The translations under genes and the position numbers were made by a program. 64,000 bases of DNA from an uncultured Elusimicrobia bacterium. Its GTDB lineage: Bacteria > Elusimicrobiota > Endomicrobiia > DTEH01. Below, in pieces: positions 10,229 through 19,630 of the stretch. Position 1 is the first letter of the stretch. Each line of letters starts with the position of its first letter. The notes beneath the pieces were generated by a model, which was not told where the DNA came from, made no database searches, and was given only the letters and a program-made list of their open reading frames with translations. The stretch covers positions 25,681 through 89,680 of the forward strand of contig CAZDUB010000007.1 of NCBI GenBank assembly GCA_964508565.1, given 5' to 3'.

Positions 10229-11650
10229 TTATTTATTTTCAGACCCTGAAGTTTTTAGAACAGAATTAACTTCTTGTACAGCCATATCTATCTGTTGTTT
10301 TATAGTTTCATCTGTACACTCTCCATACACTCCTGCGACATAATCCCATAAGATACCTAACCTTCTTGTTAAAATAGGTTCAATTGGTCCCCAAGCAGGT
10401 ATACAAGGATATGATTTACCATATTTTGTAGCTTCTTTAAACACTCTTCTTTTTGGGTCTTTTTCAAAATATGGATCATTGAACGCATCTTTTCTTGCTG
10501 GCATAAAACCTGTTTTTTGAGAATATTTAATTTGAGCTTCTTTTGAACAAAGATATGCAACAACTTTCCAAGCTTCTTTTGGATGTTTAGTATACTTAAA
10601 TATTGCTAAATTACTCCCACCAAAGAAATGGTATCTCCCTTTTGGACCTTTAGGATACAATGCAATATCATAATTTTTAGAAGCAATTCCTTCAGCAAAA
10701 CCACCTTCACTTTGTGGTATACTCATATATTTAACCATATGTGAAGTATCAAAATACATAGCATATTTTCCATTCACAAAGTTTGTAGACACTTGAGCGG
10801 TGTTGAGCTCTAATGTTTTTGTAGAAACTAATCCCTTTCTTACTAAACCAGTATAAAAAAGAATTCCTTGAAGTGCTTCTTTGCTGTTAAATACTGCAGT
10901 TTTTCTATCAGCAGAAAGCAACTCTCCACCAGCCGCCCATATCCACGGTACAAAGTTGTGAATTACATTCCAGTCGTTCTTACCAGGTAACCCCAACGGC
11001 TCTACTATTTCGTTACCAGGTTGTTTCAAAACTTCTTCTGCTTCTTTCCCTATATAAATTTTGCCATTTTTATCCATAACTACTTTTGCTTCTTTTATCT
11101 TCTTTAGAGTTTTTTCAAAAGATTCCCAAGTATCTAAATCTTTCTTTGTTAATCCTAATTTTTCAAATATATCTGTCCTATAGTAAAGTCCTCTCACATC
11201 CACAAACCAAGGAATAGAACTCACAACTCCAGAACCTTCAATACCAGAAGTATTCCAAGCAGCAGGTAAAAATGCATCAGCACCACCTATTTCGTTTATA
11301 TAATCATTCAACGGCAATAATGCACCCATAGATGCAATTGTACCAACCCAAGTAGTACCAAGTTGACAAATATCAGGAGCAACACCACTTGTTGCTGCAA
11401 CAGTTATCTTACTCCATGCAGCTCCCCAATCTATACCTGTAATTTTTATATCTATATTTGGATTCTCTTTTTTGAAATCAGCTAAAACATCTTCTAAATC
11501 AATTACAGGTTTTGGACTATTAGGCATAATCCAAATATTTATTTCCACCTTTCCAGAAGGAGATACTTCAGATTTCTTACCACAGCCAAATACAGACAAA
11601 AATATACTGATTAATACAACTATACTTACTTTATTTTTAAACATCTTCAT
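10229..11650 (-). CDS. ABC transporter extracellular sugar-binding protein (CUT1 SBP), probable lipoprotein
   Basis: 473 aa. Signal peptide ending FGCGKK (lipobox-like Cys). First gene of the operon. Confidence 0.8.
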   Translation of the reverse strand: MKMFKNKVSIVVLISIFLSVFGCGKKSEVSPSGKVEINIWIMPNSPKPVIDLEDVLADFKKENPNIDIKITGIDWGAAWSKITVAATSGVAPDICQLGTTWVGTIASMGALLPLNDYINEIGGADAFLPAAWNTSGIEGSGVVSSIPWFVDVRGLYYRTDIFEKLGLTKKDLDTWESFEKTLKKIKEAKVVMDKNGKIYIGKEAEEVLKQPGNEIVEPLGLPGKNDWNVIHNFVPWIWAAGGELLSADRKTAVFNSKEALQGILFYTGLVRKGLVSTKTLELNTAQVSTNFVNGKYAMYFDTSHMVKYMSIPQSEGGFAEGIASKNYDIALYPKGPKGRYHFFGGSNLAIFKYTKHPKEAWKVVAYLCSKEAQIKYSQKTGFMPARKDAFNDPYFEKDPKRRVFKEATKYGKSYPCIPAWGPIEPILTRRLGILWDYVAGVYGECTDETIKQQIDMAVQEVNSVLKTSGSENK

Positions 11651-11717
11651 ATTTTAGTTTACCTCCATTTAAAATGTTTAATTTAAAATTTATGTATTTC
11701 CTGTTGTATTGACTTGT

Positions 11718-11744
11718 ATTATAAATTATATTTTTACTTGTCAA
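11718..11744 (-). promoter_or_regulatory. Candidate sigma70-type promoter of the SBP-GT2-GH94-permease operon
   Basis: On the minus strand, TTGACA (11744-11739), a 15-nt spacer, then TATAAT (11723-11718), about 70 nt upstream of the ATG. The spacer is short and -10-like hexamers are common in AT-rich DNA. Confidence 0.3.
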
Positions 11745-11800
11745 TAGGTTAAAATTTTTTTATTATTAACTAAAATTGAATAATTGGATTGTTTTATTTC

Positions 11801-11872
11801 TGCCCCTAGGAGGAATTGAACCTCCATCATCCCGTCCGGAGCGGGAGGCTTTATCCGTTAAGCTATAGGGGC
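11801..11872 (-). tRNA. tRNA-Arg (anticodon CCG)
   Basis: The reverse complement GCCCCTATAGCTTAACGGATAAAGCCTCCCGCTCCGGACGGGATGATGGAGGTTCAATTCCTCCTAGGGGCA folds as a cloverleaf. 7-bp acceptor stem, anticodon loop CTCCGGA, T-loop TTCAATT. CCA is not encoded. Confidence 0.9.
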
Positions 11873-11897
11873 TAAATTATAACGAGATGAATTAATT

Positions 11898-14504
11898 TTA
11901 TATCAAAAACTCTAAAAGTTTTTTAGGAGTTAATTTTTCAGCAACTGTGGCGCCACCTTGAAGGAAATCATCTCTACCACCACATTTTATATTTAAATTT
12001 TTAGACAGTTTTTCATAAACCTTTTTGGCAGAAACTCCCATTTGAACTGATGTTTGAGTAGTTCTTATCACAATTGATAATTTATTATCAGAAACATTAT
12101 ATAAAATAATAGCTGCAGGATGATTTTCATATTTTTTAATAATTTCGTCAGAAATTGATCTTAAAAGTTTCAAGTCAACATCTGGAATGTTTTTTATATA
12201 ATATTCTATATTATTTATTCTTTCGCTTACCTCTTCAGCATCTTTATTAGAAGAATTTAATCTTATATTTTCTAACTGCTGCTTTAACTTTTTGTTTTCA
12301 GAGACCAGCTTCTCTATTTTTCCTTTTATCTCACTGATATTACTTACATTAATTAATTCACCTATAGTTAAAAGTTCCTTTTTTAATTCGTAAATATAAC
12401 TATAAACTTTTTCTCCACAAATTGCTTCTATTCTACGTATATTTGCTCCAACAGAAGTTTCATTTATAATTTTAAATAAACCAATCTCACCTGTGTTAGA
12501 ACAGTGTGTACCCCCACAAAGTTCTATGCTAAAAGGTTGCTCAACAATTTCGTTATCTTTAACCTTACCACCCACAATCACAACTCTTACTCTCTGCCCA
12601 TATTTTTCTTCAAACAAAGCCATAGCTCCCATTTTTTTTGCTGTGTTTATGTCTGTATAAATTATTTCAACAGGCAAACATTCAAGAATTTTTTCATTTA
12701 CAATTCTCTCTATACGAAGCAACTCATCCTCTGTAAGAGACTTCCAATGAATAAAATCAAACCTAAAATATTCATCAGCTACTAATGAACCAGACTGCAA
12801 CGCATGTTCACCTAAAACCTCTCTAAGAGCTCTATGTAAAAGGTGTGTAGCTGTATGATGTCTCATTATCTCTTTTCTTCTGTGAATATCTATCTCTAAT
12901 ATTACACTCTCACTTTCTTTTATTTCATTAAAAACTTTTGTTATATGAATAATTCTATTTTCTATTTTCTTTGTATCTAAAATTTCAGCAATTATTTTAT
13001 TGTCCTTCTTAATAACTCCTTTATCACCTACTTGTCCACCTGATTCGCCATAAAATGGTGTTATATCAAATATAATTTCAATATTTTCATTGCTTTTAGC
13101 TACAGAAATTCGCTGATTATCTTTTATAATTCCTAACACTTTTGCTTCAGAAACGAATTTTTCATATCCAACAAAATTTGTTTCAGGAAAAGACAAATAT
13201 ATATGTGTATCTTTAACCTTTAGTCCTTTCCAAGACAACTTTGATATTTCTTTAGCTCTATTATAGGCTTCAACAAACTCTTTTTCATCGTAAGTAATAT
13301 TATGTTCTTTAAGTATCTCGTCAACTAATTCTTTAGGAAATCCATATGTATCATACAGTTTAAACACATCTTTACCTGATATTCTATTTTTCCCTTCTTT
13401 CACAATGTTAGATATAACTTTTAACCCCTCTTCCAATGTTTCTAAAAATTTTTCTTCTTCTGATTTTATAATAACTGAAACTTTTTCTCTATGAAGTTCC
13501 AAATCAGGATATATATCTTTCATTAGTTTAACAACAGTAGGAACTATTTTATATAGAAATGGTTGGTTATAGCCTAAAATTTTTAAAAATCTCGTTGCTC
13601 TTCTTATGATTTTTCTTATAACATATCCTCTTTCCTCATTGTTAGGAATAATGCCTTCGGAAATAGCAAAAGTTGCTGCTCTTATGTGGTCAGAAATTGC
13701 ATTTAAATAATTGTTTTTTAATGAATCTTTACTGTCAATGTCTATATATCTTTTGATTTCTTCTTTGATTGGTAAAAACAAATCTGTCTCAAATACACTT
13801 CCTAATCCATTCACTACCATACATAATCTTTCTAATCCCATTCCTGTATCTATGTTTTTTTGTTTTAATGGTAAAAGTGTACCATCTGGCTGTAAATCAA
13901 ACTGGGTAAAAACTAAGTTCCAAACCTCTAAATACCTATCACAATCACACGCTGGAGAACATGTAGACTTTTTACATCCATACTCCTCACCTAAATCGTA
14001 CAATATCTCTGAACACGGACCACAGGGTCCTGTATCTCCCATCTTCCAAAAATTTGTTTCTTCAGAAAGTTTGTATATCCTATCTTTTGGTACAATCTTT
14101 GCCCATAGGTCAAACGCTTCCTGATCGTCTTTATATACCGTTATATAAAGTCGGCTAATATCTAAGTTGACTACTTTTGTCATAAACTCCCAAGCCCATT
14201 CAATAGCTTCTTTTTTAAAATAGTCGCCAAAAGAAAAATTCCCAAGCATTTCAAAGAAAGTCAAGTGTCTAAAAGTGTATCCAACTCTCTCTATGTCTGA
14301 AGTTCTTAAACATTTTTGTATTGAACAGGCTCGTTTTACTCCTGTTTTTTTCCCAATAAAATAATCTTTAAATTGGACCATACCAGCAGTTGTAAACAAC
14401 AATGTAGGATCACTTGAGGGTATTAACGAATCTGAAGGATATACTTTGTGGTCTAAAGATTTAAAATAATCTAAAAACTTTTTTCTTAATTCATTTGAGT
14501 TCAT
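11898..14504 (-). CDS. alaS: Alanine--tRNA ligase
   Basis: 868 aa. The class II AlaRS N-terminus FTTAGMVQFKDYF, editing-domain HHTATHLLH and the C-terminal DHHA1-like region are all recognisable. Confidence 0.95.
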   Translation of the reverse strand: MNSNELRKKFLDYFKSLDHKVYPSDSLIPSSDPTLLFTTAGMVQFKDYFIGKKTGVKRACSIQKCLRTSDIERVGYTFRHLTFFEMLGNFSFGDYFKKEAIEWAWEFMTKVVNLDISRLYITVYKDDQEAFDLWAKIVPKDRIYKLSEETNFWKMGDTGPCGPCSEILYDLGEEYGCKKSTCSPACDCDRYLEVWNLVFTQFDLQPDGTLLPLKQKNIDTGMGLERLCMVVNGLGSVFETDLFLPIKEEIKRYIDIDSKDSLKNNYLNAISDHIRAATFAISEGIIPNNEERGYVIRKIIRRATRFLKILGYNQPFLYKIVPTVVKLMKDIYPDLELHREKVSVIIKSEEEKFLETLEEGLKVISNIVKEGKNRISGKDVFKLYDTYGFPKELVDEILKEHNITYDEKEFVEAYNRAKEISKLSWKGLKVKDTHIYLSFPETNFVGYEKFVSEAKVLGIIKDNQRISVAKSNENIEIIFDITPFYGESGGQVGDKGVIKKDNKIIAEILDTKKIENRIIHITKVFNEIKESESVILEIDIHRRKEIMRHHTATHLLHRALREVLGEHALQSGSLVADEYFRFDFIHWKSLTEDELLRIERIVNEKILECLPVEIIYTDINTAKKMGAMALFEEKYGQRVRVVIVGGKVKDNEIVEQPFSIELCGGTHCSNTGEIGLFKIINETSVGANIRRIEAICGEKVYSYIYELKKELLTIGELINVSNISEIKGKIEKLVSENKKLKQQLENIRLNSSNKDAEEVSERINNIEYYIKNIPDVDLKLLRSISDEIIKKYENHPAAIILYNVSDNKLSIVIRTTQTSVQMGVSAKKVYEKLSKNLNIKCGGRDDFLQGGATVAEKLTPKKLLEFLI

Positions 14505-15256
14505 GGCCTTTTTTTCCTTTTTTGTTTATAAATTTCATAAAGTATAATTCCACATACTACAGATACATTTAATGAATCTATTTCAGGAGAATGTTCAATT
14601 GTAATTATACCATCTGACTCTGAAATTAAATTTTTTCTTATACCTTTAGATTCATTGCCTAAAATTACACAAATTTTTTTTAGTTCTGAGATTTTATCTA
14701 ATTCCATTGAATTATAGAAATTGTTATTTTTAGGTAAAGTGCTAATAATCCAAAAATTTTCTTCTTTTAATTTTTTTAAAACATTATATACATTTTTTAC
14801 TTTAACTATAGGAACTTTATAAACTCCTCCACGAGATACATTTACAACTGTTTGAGTAACAGAAGCGTGATTCCATTGTTGAATAATGACTCCATCTATT
14901 TCAAAAGCAGCAGAAGTTCTTAATATAGCACCGAAATTCTGTGGATCATTAATTTCATCCAACACTAAAACTACAATATACTCTTTATCTCTAACTTTGT
15001 TTAAAAATTCATCTAATGATAAATATTTCACATGAGAAAGAACTAACAATATACCACTATACCCTTGATTGAAAATCTTAAGAATTTTTTGTTTTGGTAC
15101 AGAAAGAAATGAAACTTTCTTTTTTTTAGCAATACTTATTATTTCTTCTATATCACTACCAAAAGCATTATTAGCTATATATAGTTTAGACACATATTGT
15201 GGCGATGTTTTTAAAACTTCCTTGATTATTTTCTTTGAAGTAATAAAATTTTCCAT
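14501..15256 (-). CDS. rlmB: SpoU/TrmH-family RNA 2'-O-methyltransferase, RlmB-like
   Basis: 251 aa. SpoU motifs DPQNFGAILRTS and LGNESKGI. Sits after cysS as in the Bacillus yacO arrangement. Confidence 0.7.
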   Translation of the reverse strand: MENFITSKKIIKEVLKTSPQYVSKLYIANNAFGSDIEEIISIAKKKKVSFLSVPKQKILKIFNQGYSGILLVLSHVKYLSLDEFLNKVRDKEYIVVLVLDEINDPQNFGAILRTSAAFEIDGVIIQQWNHASVTQTVVNVSRGGVYKVPIVKVKNVYNVLKKLKEENFWIISTLPKNNNFYNSMELDKISELKKICVILGNESKGIRKNLISESDGIITIEHSPEIDSLNVSVVCGIILYEIYKQKRKKRP

Positions 15257-15268
15257 AACTTTTTATTT

Positions 15269-16666
15269 TTAATATCTTTTTTTTATTTTAGGTCCCAATT
15301 TGGTATCCTCAATAATATATCCTTTCTGAAAAATTTCTTTCCTTATAATATCTGCCTTAGCGTAATCTTTGTTTTTACGCGCTATCTCTCTTTCATCAAC
15401 TAATAACAATATCTCTTGCGGAATCTCTTCATTTACAGAAACTCTAATACCCAACACATCTAACATTGTTAGAAATTTTTCATAAACGAACATTAATTCA
15501 TTTTTGTTTTCTGTTTGAAGATTAAAAATGAAAGAATACATTTTGTTTACAACACTTAGAGCTTCTGATGTATTTAAATTGTTATCTAAAGCATCTTCAA
15601 AATCTTTTACGATTTGTTCAACTTCGTTTTTTATCTTCAGAGATATATCATAAGAATTATGTAAATTCTTCATTCTAAAATTCACTTCTTCTACTAAATT
15701 TTCAAACTTTTGATAAACTGCTTCAAATTGCTTTATATTCTCTATAGAAAAATCCAAAGGGTTCTGATAATGTTGCGATAACAAAAATAATCTTATCACC
15801 ATAGGATTATACAAAGCAAACAAATCTTTCAACGCAAATATGTTTTTTAGCGATTTTGACATTTTTTGCTTATTTATTGTCACAAAACCATTATGAACCC
15901 AATATCTCACAAATTCTTTATCAGTTAAAGCTTCTGATTGAGCTATTTCATTTTCATGATGTGGGAAAATAAGATCTTCTCCTCCACCATGAATATCAAG
16001 TGTTTCTCCAAGATATTTCATACTCATTACTGAACACTCGATATGCCAACCTGGTCTACCTCTTCCCCAGGGTGATTCCCAACCTCTAAAAATTTGTTCC
16101 TCACTACTTTTAGTAAACTTCCATAAAGCAAAATCTAAAGGATATCTTTTGGTCTCGTCTGGTTCAATTCTTGCACCAGCAATAAGTTCTTCAATTTTTC
16201 TTTTAGATAATTTACCATAGGAGCTAAATTTTCTAATATCAAAGTAAACTCCAGTTTGTGTAATGTAAGCGTAATCTTTCTGAACTAATTTTTCAATAGA
16301 TAAAATAATATCTTCTATATGTTCTGTAACTTTTGGATAGACATCGGCCGGAGTGATATTTAGTTGTTTTTCAACTTCAAAATATGCCTTTATATATTTA
16401 GAGGTTAACTCTGCAGTTGAAAGCCCCGAATCTTTAGAAGCTTTTATAATTTTATCGTCTATATCTGTAAAGTTTTGTACATATTTAACGCTATAGCCTT
16501 TATATCTTAGGTATCTTCGTAATAGATCAAATATAACATAGCACCTTCCATGTCCCAAATGTACCTCATCATAAGGGGTAATCCCACAAACATACATTTT
16601 TATTTTTTTTTCTTCTAAAGGCTTTAATTCCTCTACTTGTTGAGTTAATGTGTTATAAATTTTCAT
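15269..16666 (-). CDS. cysS: Cysteine--tRNA ligase
   Basis: 465 aa. HIGH-type motif (HLGHGR) and KMSKS are present. Confidence 0.95.
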   Translation of the reverse strand: MKIYNTLTQQVEELKPLEEKKIKMYVCGITPYDEVHLGHGRCYVIFDLLRRYLRYKGYSVKYVQNFTDIDDKIIKASKDSGLSTAELTSKYIKAYFEVEKQLNITPADVYPKVTEHIEDIILSIEKLVQKDYAYITQTGVYFDIRKFSSYGKLSKRKIEELIAGARIEPDETKRYPLDFALWKFTKSSEEQIFRGWESPWGRGRPGWHIECSVMSMKYLGETLDIHGGGEDLIFPHHENEIAQSEALTDKEFVRYWVHNGFVTINKQKMSKSLKNIFALKDLFALYNPMVIRLFLLSQHYQNPLDFSIENIKQFEAVYQKFENLVEEVNFRMKNLHNSYDISLKIKNEVEQIVKDFEDALDNNLNTSEALSVVNKMYSFIFNLQTENKNELMFVYEKFLTMLDVLGIRVSVNEEIPQEILLLVDEREIARKNKDYAKADIIRKEIFQKGYIIEDTKLGPKIKKRY

Positions 16667-17136
16667 TTTTTATATAATAAAACTACGCTATAACATTGAA
16701 TATAATTTTTAAAACAACTAATACCTTCTGTAGTTTTTCCCTTTATGTTAATGAAATCTACATTGAACATTTTTTTTAACGACTCCAAAATTTTTTGTTT
16801 ATAGATTGACACTTTTGGTTTATCACATATTAAAACTACATCTATATTTGATATCTTAAACTTTCTATTTTGTAAAAAATTTAAAACTTTATTCACAATT
16901 AATTTGCTAGGCATATTTTTGTAGTTAATATCGCTATCAGGGAAAAACTCTCCTATATCTGGCAAACCAATTGCAGAAAGTATAGCATCACATATAGAGT
17001 GTATAACAACATCTGCATCTGAGTGCCCTTTAAGTCCAAAATTTTCATTTAATTTTACACCACCAAGAAAAAGTGGTCTTTTTTTAACTATCTTATGACT
17101 ATCATATCCTATTCCAACAAAAAAATTTTTTGTCAT
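16663..17136 (-). CDS. ispF: 2-C-methyl-D-erythritol 2,4-cyclodiphosphate synthase
   Basis: 157 aa with GIGYDSHK and GHSDADVVIHSICDA motifs. Confidence 0.9.
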   Translation of the reverse strand: MTKNFFVGIGYDSHKIVKKRPLFLGGVKLNENFGLKGHSDADVVIHSICDAILSAIGLPDIGEFFPDSDINYKNMPSKLIVNKVLNFLQNRKFKISNIDVVLICDKPKVSIYKQKILESLKKMFNVDFINIKGKTTEGISCFKNYIQCYSVVLLYKK

Positions 17137-17858
17137 TTTTTTAACTTTAACTTATTTAAATAAAAATTTATAAAATCAATATCCTCTTTTGTAGTAACTT
17201 TTAAGTTATATTTATCCCCAATTATAACTTTAACTTTAAATCCTTCTAATTCAGCAAGTTGAGCATCATCTGTTATTCTTTTTTTCTTAATCCATTTATA
17301 TAAAATCTTATCCGAATAAATGTATTTAGCAACATCTATCTTGAAAACTTGTGGTGTTTGTACTAAAACTAATTTATCTCTATCAAGTGTTCTTACAACT
17401 CTATAATTATCATCTATAATCTTCACAGTATCAACCGGATGTGTGGCAGGTACCACACAGTCATAATTTTTCTCTTTTAATTCTTTTAGGCAACTAATTA
17501 TAATTTTCTTACTAACTAAAGGTCTAGCAACATCATGAATCAAAACGTATTCAACTTCACCATTTACAGCTTTTAACGAATTAGTAACTGAATTATATCT
17601 TTCTTTTCCTCCATACACTACGGTTAAACAAGCTTTTAACTTATAATTTTTTAACATCTCATTAACAAGATATTCGTCATTTTTATTTATCGTTATTATA
17701 ACCTGTTTTATAAACTTTAAACTTGCAAAAGTTTCTAAACAATACTCTAACAATGTTTTATCTTTAATTTGATAGAACTGTTTCTTTGTAGTACCTTTAA
17801 ATCTTGAGCTTTTCCCAGCAGCAAGCAAAATCACACAACAAGAACAATTCTTATTCAT
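17133..17858 (-). CDS. ispD: 2-C-methyl-D-erythritol 4-phosphate cytidylyltransferase
   Basis: 241 aa. ILLAAGKSSRF P-loop-like motif and VLIHDVARP. Overlaps ispF by 4 nt. Confidence 0.9.
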   Translation of the reverse strand: MNKNCSCCVILLAAGKSSRFKGTTKKQFYQIKDKTLLEYCLETFASLKFIKQVIITINKNDEYLVNEMLKNYKLKACLTVVYGGKERYNSVTNSLKAVNGEVEYVLIHDVARPLVSKKIIISCLKELKEKNYDCVVPATHPVDTVKIIDDNYRVVRTLDRDKLVLVQTPQVFKIDVAKYIYSDKILYKWIKKKRITDDAQLAELEGFKVKVIIGDKYNLKVTTKEDIDFINFYLNKLKLKK

Positions 17859-17874
17859 ATGGGTAAGTTAATTT

Positions 17875-18840
17875 TCAAACCGGTTTTGTAAATATTATCC
17901 TCCCGGATGGTGTTTGTAAAGTAGAAGTAACAACTACTTCTATTCTTTTACCAATAAACCGTCTTCCATCCTCTACAACTACCATAGTACCATCATCAAG
18001 ATATCCAACTCCTTGGTCATATTCTTTCCCTTCTTTTATTACATGCAAAAAGAAACTTTCTCCAGGTAAAAATACAGGTTTTAAGGCATTAGCCAGTTCA
18101 TTAACATTTAGAACAACTACTCCTTCAAGTGTGGCAACTCTATTTAAATTATAATCTACTGTAAGAATTTTTGCTCCTACATCTTTTGCAAATTTTATAA
18201 GTTTAGCATCTGTCTCTTTTAACTCAGGATAATCAATGTCCACCACGCTTATAGCATTTTCTTCTTTTAATTTATTTAACATTTCAAGACCTCTTTTAGC
18301 TCTTAATCTCTTATTATGCTCCTGAGAATCAGATAACATCTGTAATTCTTTAAGAATAAATTTTGGCACTAACAGAGGCCCTTCAATAAATTTTGTTGCA
18401 ACTATATCCACAATCCTACCATCAATAATCATTGAAGTATCAAGAACCATAATATTATTTTTTACTTTTTTTTCTTTCTTAATAATATCTTTGTCTAATA
18501 AATCTACTTCCACTTTTTTCTGCAAAGCAACAACAAGCCCTAAATAAGCAAATCCCACACGGACCAACCATAAATATTTACGAAATATGTCTGTTATTTT
18601 GGGTTCTTCTAAAAGAAATATTAAGTAATCTATAATCTGAGCAGCAATTATTCCTAACAAAATACCTATTACACTCACAATAAGAGTATCCAATTTTATC
18701 TTTGATATCAAAAGTTCTAAGAGTACAATGAATACACCAAATAATAATCCAAATATTAAACCATAAAAATTTTTTTGCAAAATTATTCCTAAAGTACCAC
18801 TAAAAATTACTATTAAAACTCTTAAAATCCATAAAAACAT
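17875..18840 (-). CDS. PIN/TRAM-domain membrane protein (YacL-like)
   Basis: 321 aa. Four N-terminal TM helices, a PIN-like core (VLDTSMIIDGR) and a C-terminal TRAM-like beta domain. Positioned upstream of ispD as in Bacillus. Confidence 0.7.
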   Translation of the reverse strand: MFLWILRVLIVIFSGTLGIILQKNFYGLIFGLLFGVFIVLLELLISKIKLDTLIVSVIGILLGIIAAQIIDYLIFLLEEPKITDIFRKYLWLVRVGFAYLGLVVALQKKVEVDLLDKDIIKKEKKVKNNIMVLDTSMIIDGRIVDIVATKFIEGPLLVPKFILKELQMLSDSQEHNKRLRAKRGLEMLNKLKEENAISVVDIDYPELKETDAKLIKFAKDVGAKILTVDYNLNRVATLEGVVVLNVNELANALKPVFLPGESFFLHVIKEGKEYDQGVGYLDDGTMVVVEDGRRFIGKRIEVVVTSTLQTPSGRIIFTKPV

Positions 18841-18858
18841 ATTTTACAAAACCCCCAT

Positions 18859-19548
18859 TTATAAAATTAACTCGTTTAAAGATTTGACCACAAAATTAGC
18901 TTTTGTTTTATATAATTCTTTCAAATTATAAGTATGAGCTACGGCTAAAACATCAAATCCAGCTTTAAGGCCGGCTTTTATTCCATTTATTGAGTCTTCT
19001 ATAACCAAAATTTCTTTTTCAAAAATAGTTTTTTTTAATTTTTGTTCAGATAACTTTTTAGCTAAAATAAACGGTTCTGCAGAAGGCTTACCATTTTTGA
19101 CATCTCCCGAAGATACTATTAAAAAGAACTTATTGTATATTTTTAGCTTTTTTAAAATATACACAATTTCTGACCTCAAAGCACCTGAAACAATAGCCAT
19201 TTTTATATCTTTAAAATTTTTTGAAACATAATTTATAAATTCTATTGCATCCGGATAATAATCTATCTTTTTTGCAATGTGAGACATTAAAATTTTATTT
19301 TTTTTCTTAATAAGAATATTTATATCATCTAAACTTAATTTTTTATTTAATTTTTCTTCAAATACTTTTTTAAAACATCCTTTGTCATCAAATGCTAAAT
19401 ATTTAGCTAAATATTCTTCTTTAGAAATACCTATATTATAATTCTTTAATACTTCATTAAATGCTAAAAAATGTAACCACTCAGTATCAACTATAACGCC
19501 ATCAAAGTCAAAAAAAATTAATTTATAGTTGTTTATATTAAAATTCAT
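18859..19548 (-). CDS. HAD-IA family hydrolase (beta-phosphoglucomutase/phosphatase-like)
   Basis: 229 aa with FFDFDGVIVDT (DxD nucleophile motif), SGALRS and the VIEDSINGIKAG motif IV. Confidence 0.75.
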   Translation of the reverse strand: MNFNINNYKLIFFDFDGVIVDTEWLHFLAFNEVLKNYNIGISKEEYLAKYLAFDDKGCFKKVFEEKLNKKLSLDDINILIKKKNKILMSHIAKKIDYYPDAIEFINYVSKNFKDIKMAIVSGALRSEIVYILKKLKIYNKFFLIVSSGDVKNGKPSAEPFILAKKLSEQKLKKTIFEKEILVIEDSINGIKAGLKAGFDVLAVAHTYNLKELYKTKANFVVKSLNELIL

Positions 19549-19630
19549 AATTTTTTGTTATACAAGATATTGAAAAATAATTCAACATTTAATAAATAGT
19601 TTTTAAATATTTATTCGTAAGGAGAAACTT

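Noticed and set aside
11801-11872. tRNA-Arg(CCG) as an oddity in an AT-rich genome
   Set aside because: CGG codons are rare here, but a dedicated CCG tRNA is normal in many bacteria. The gene has a clean cloverleaf and sits in a conventional position after alaS.
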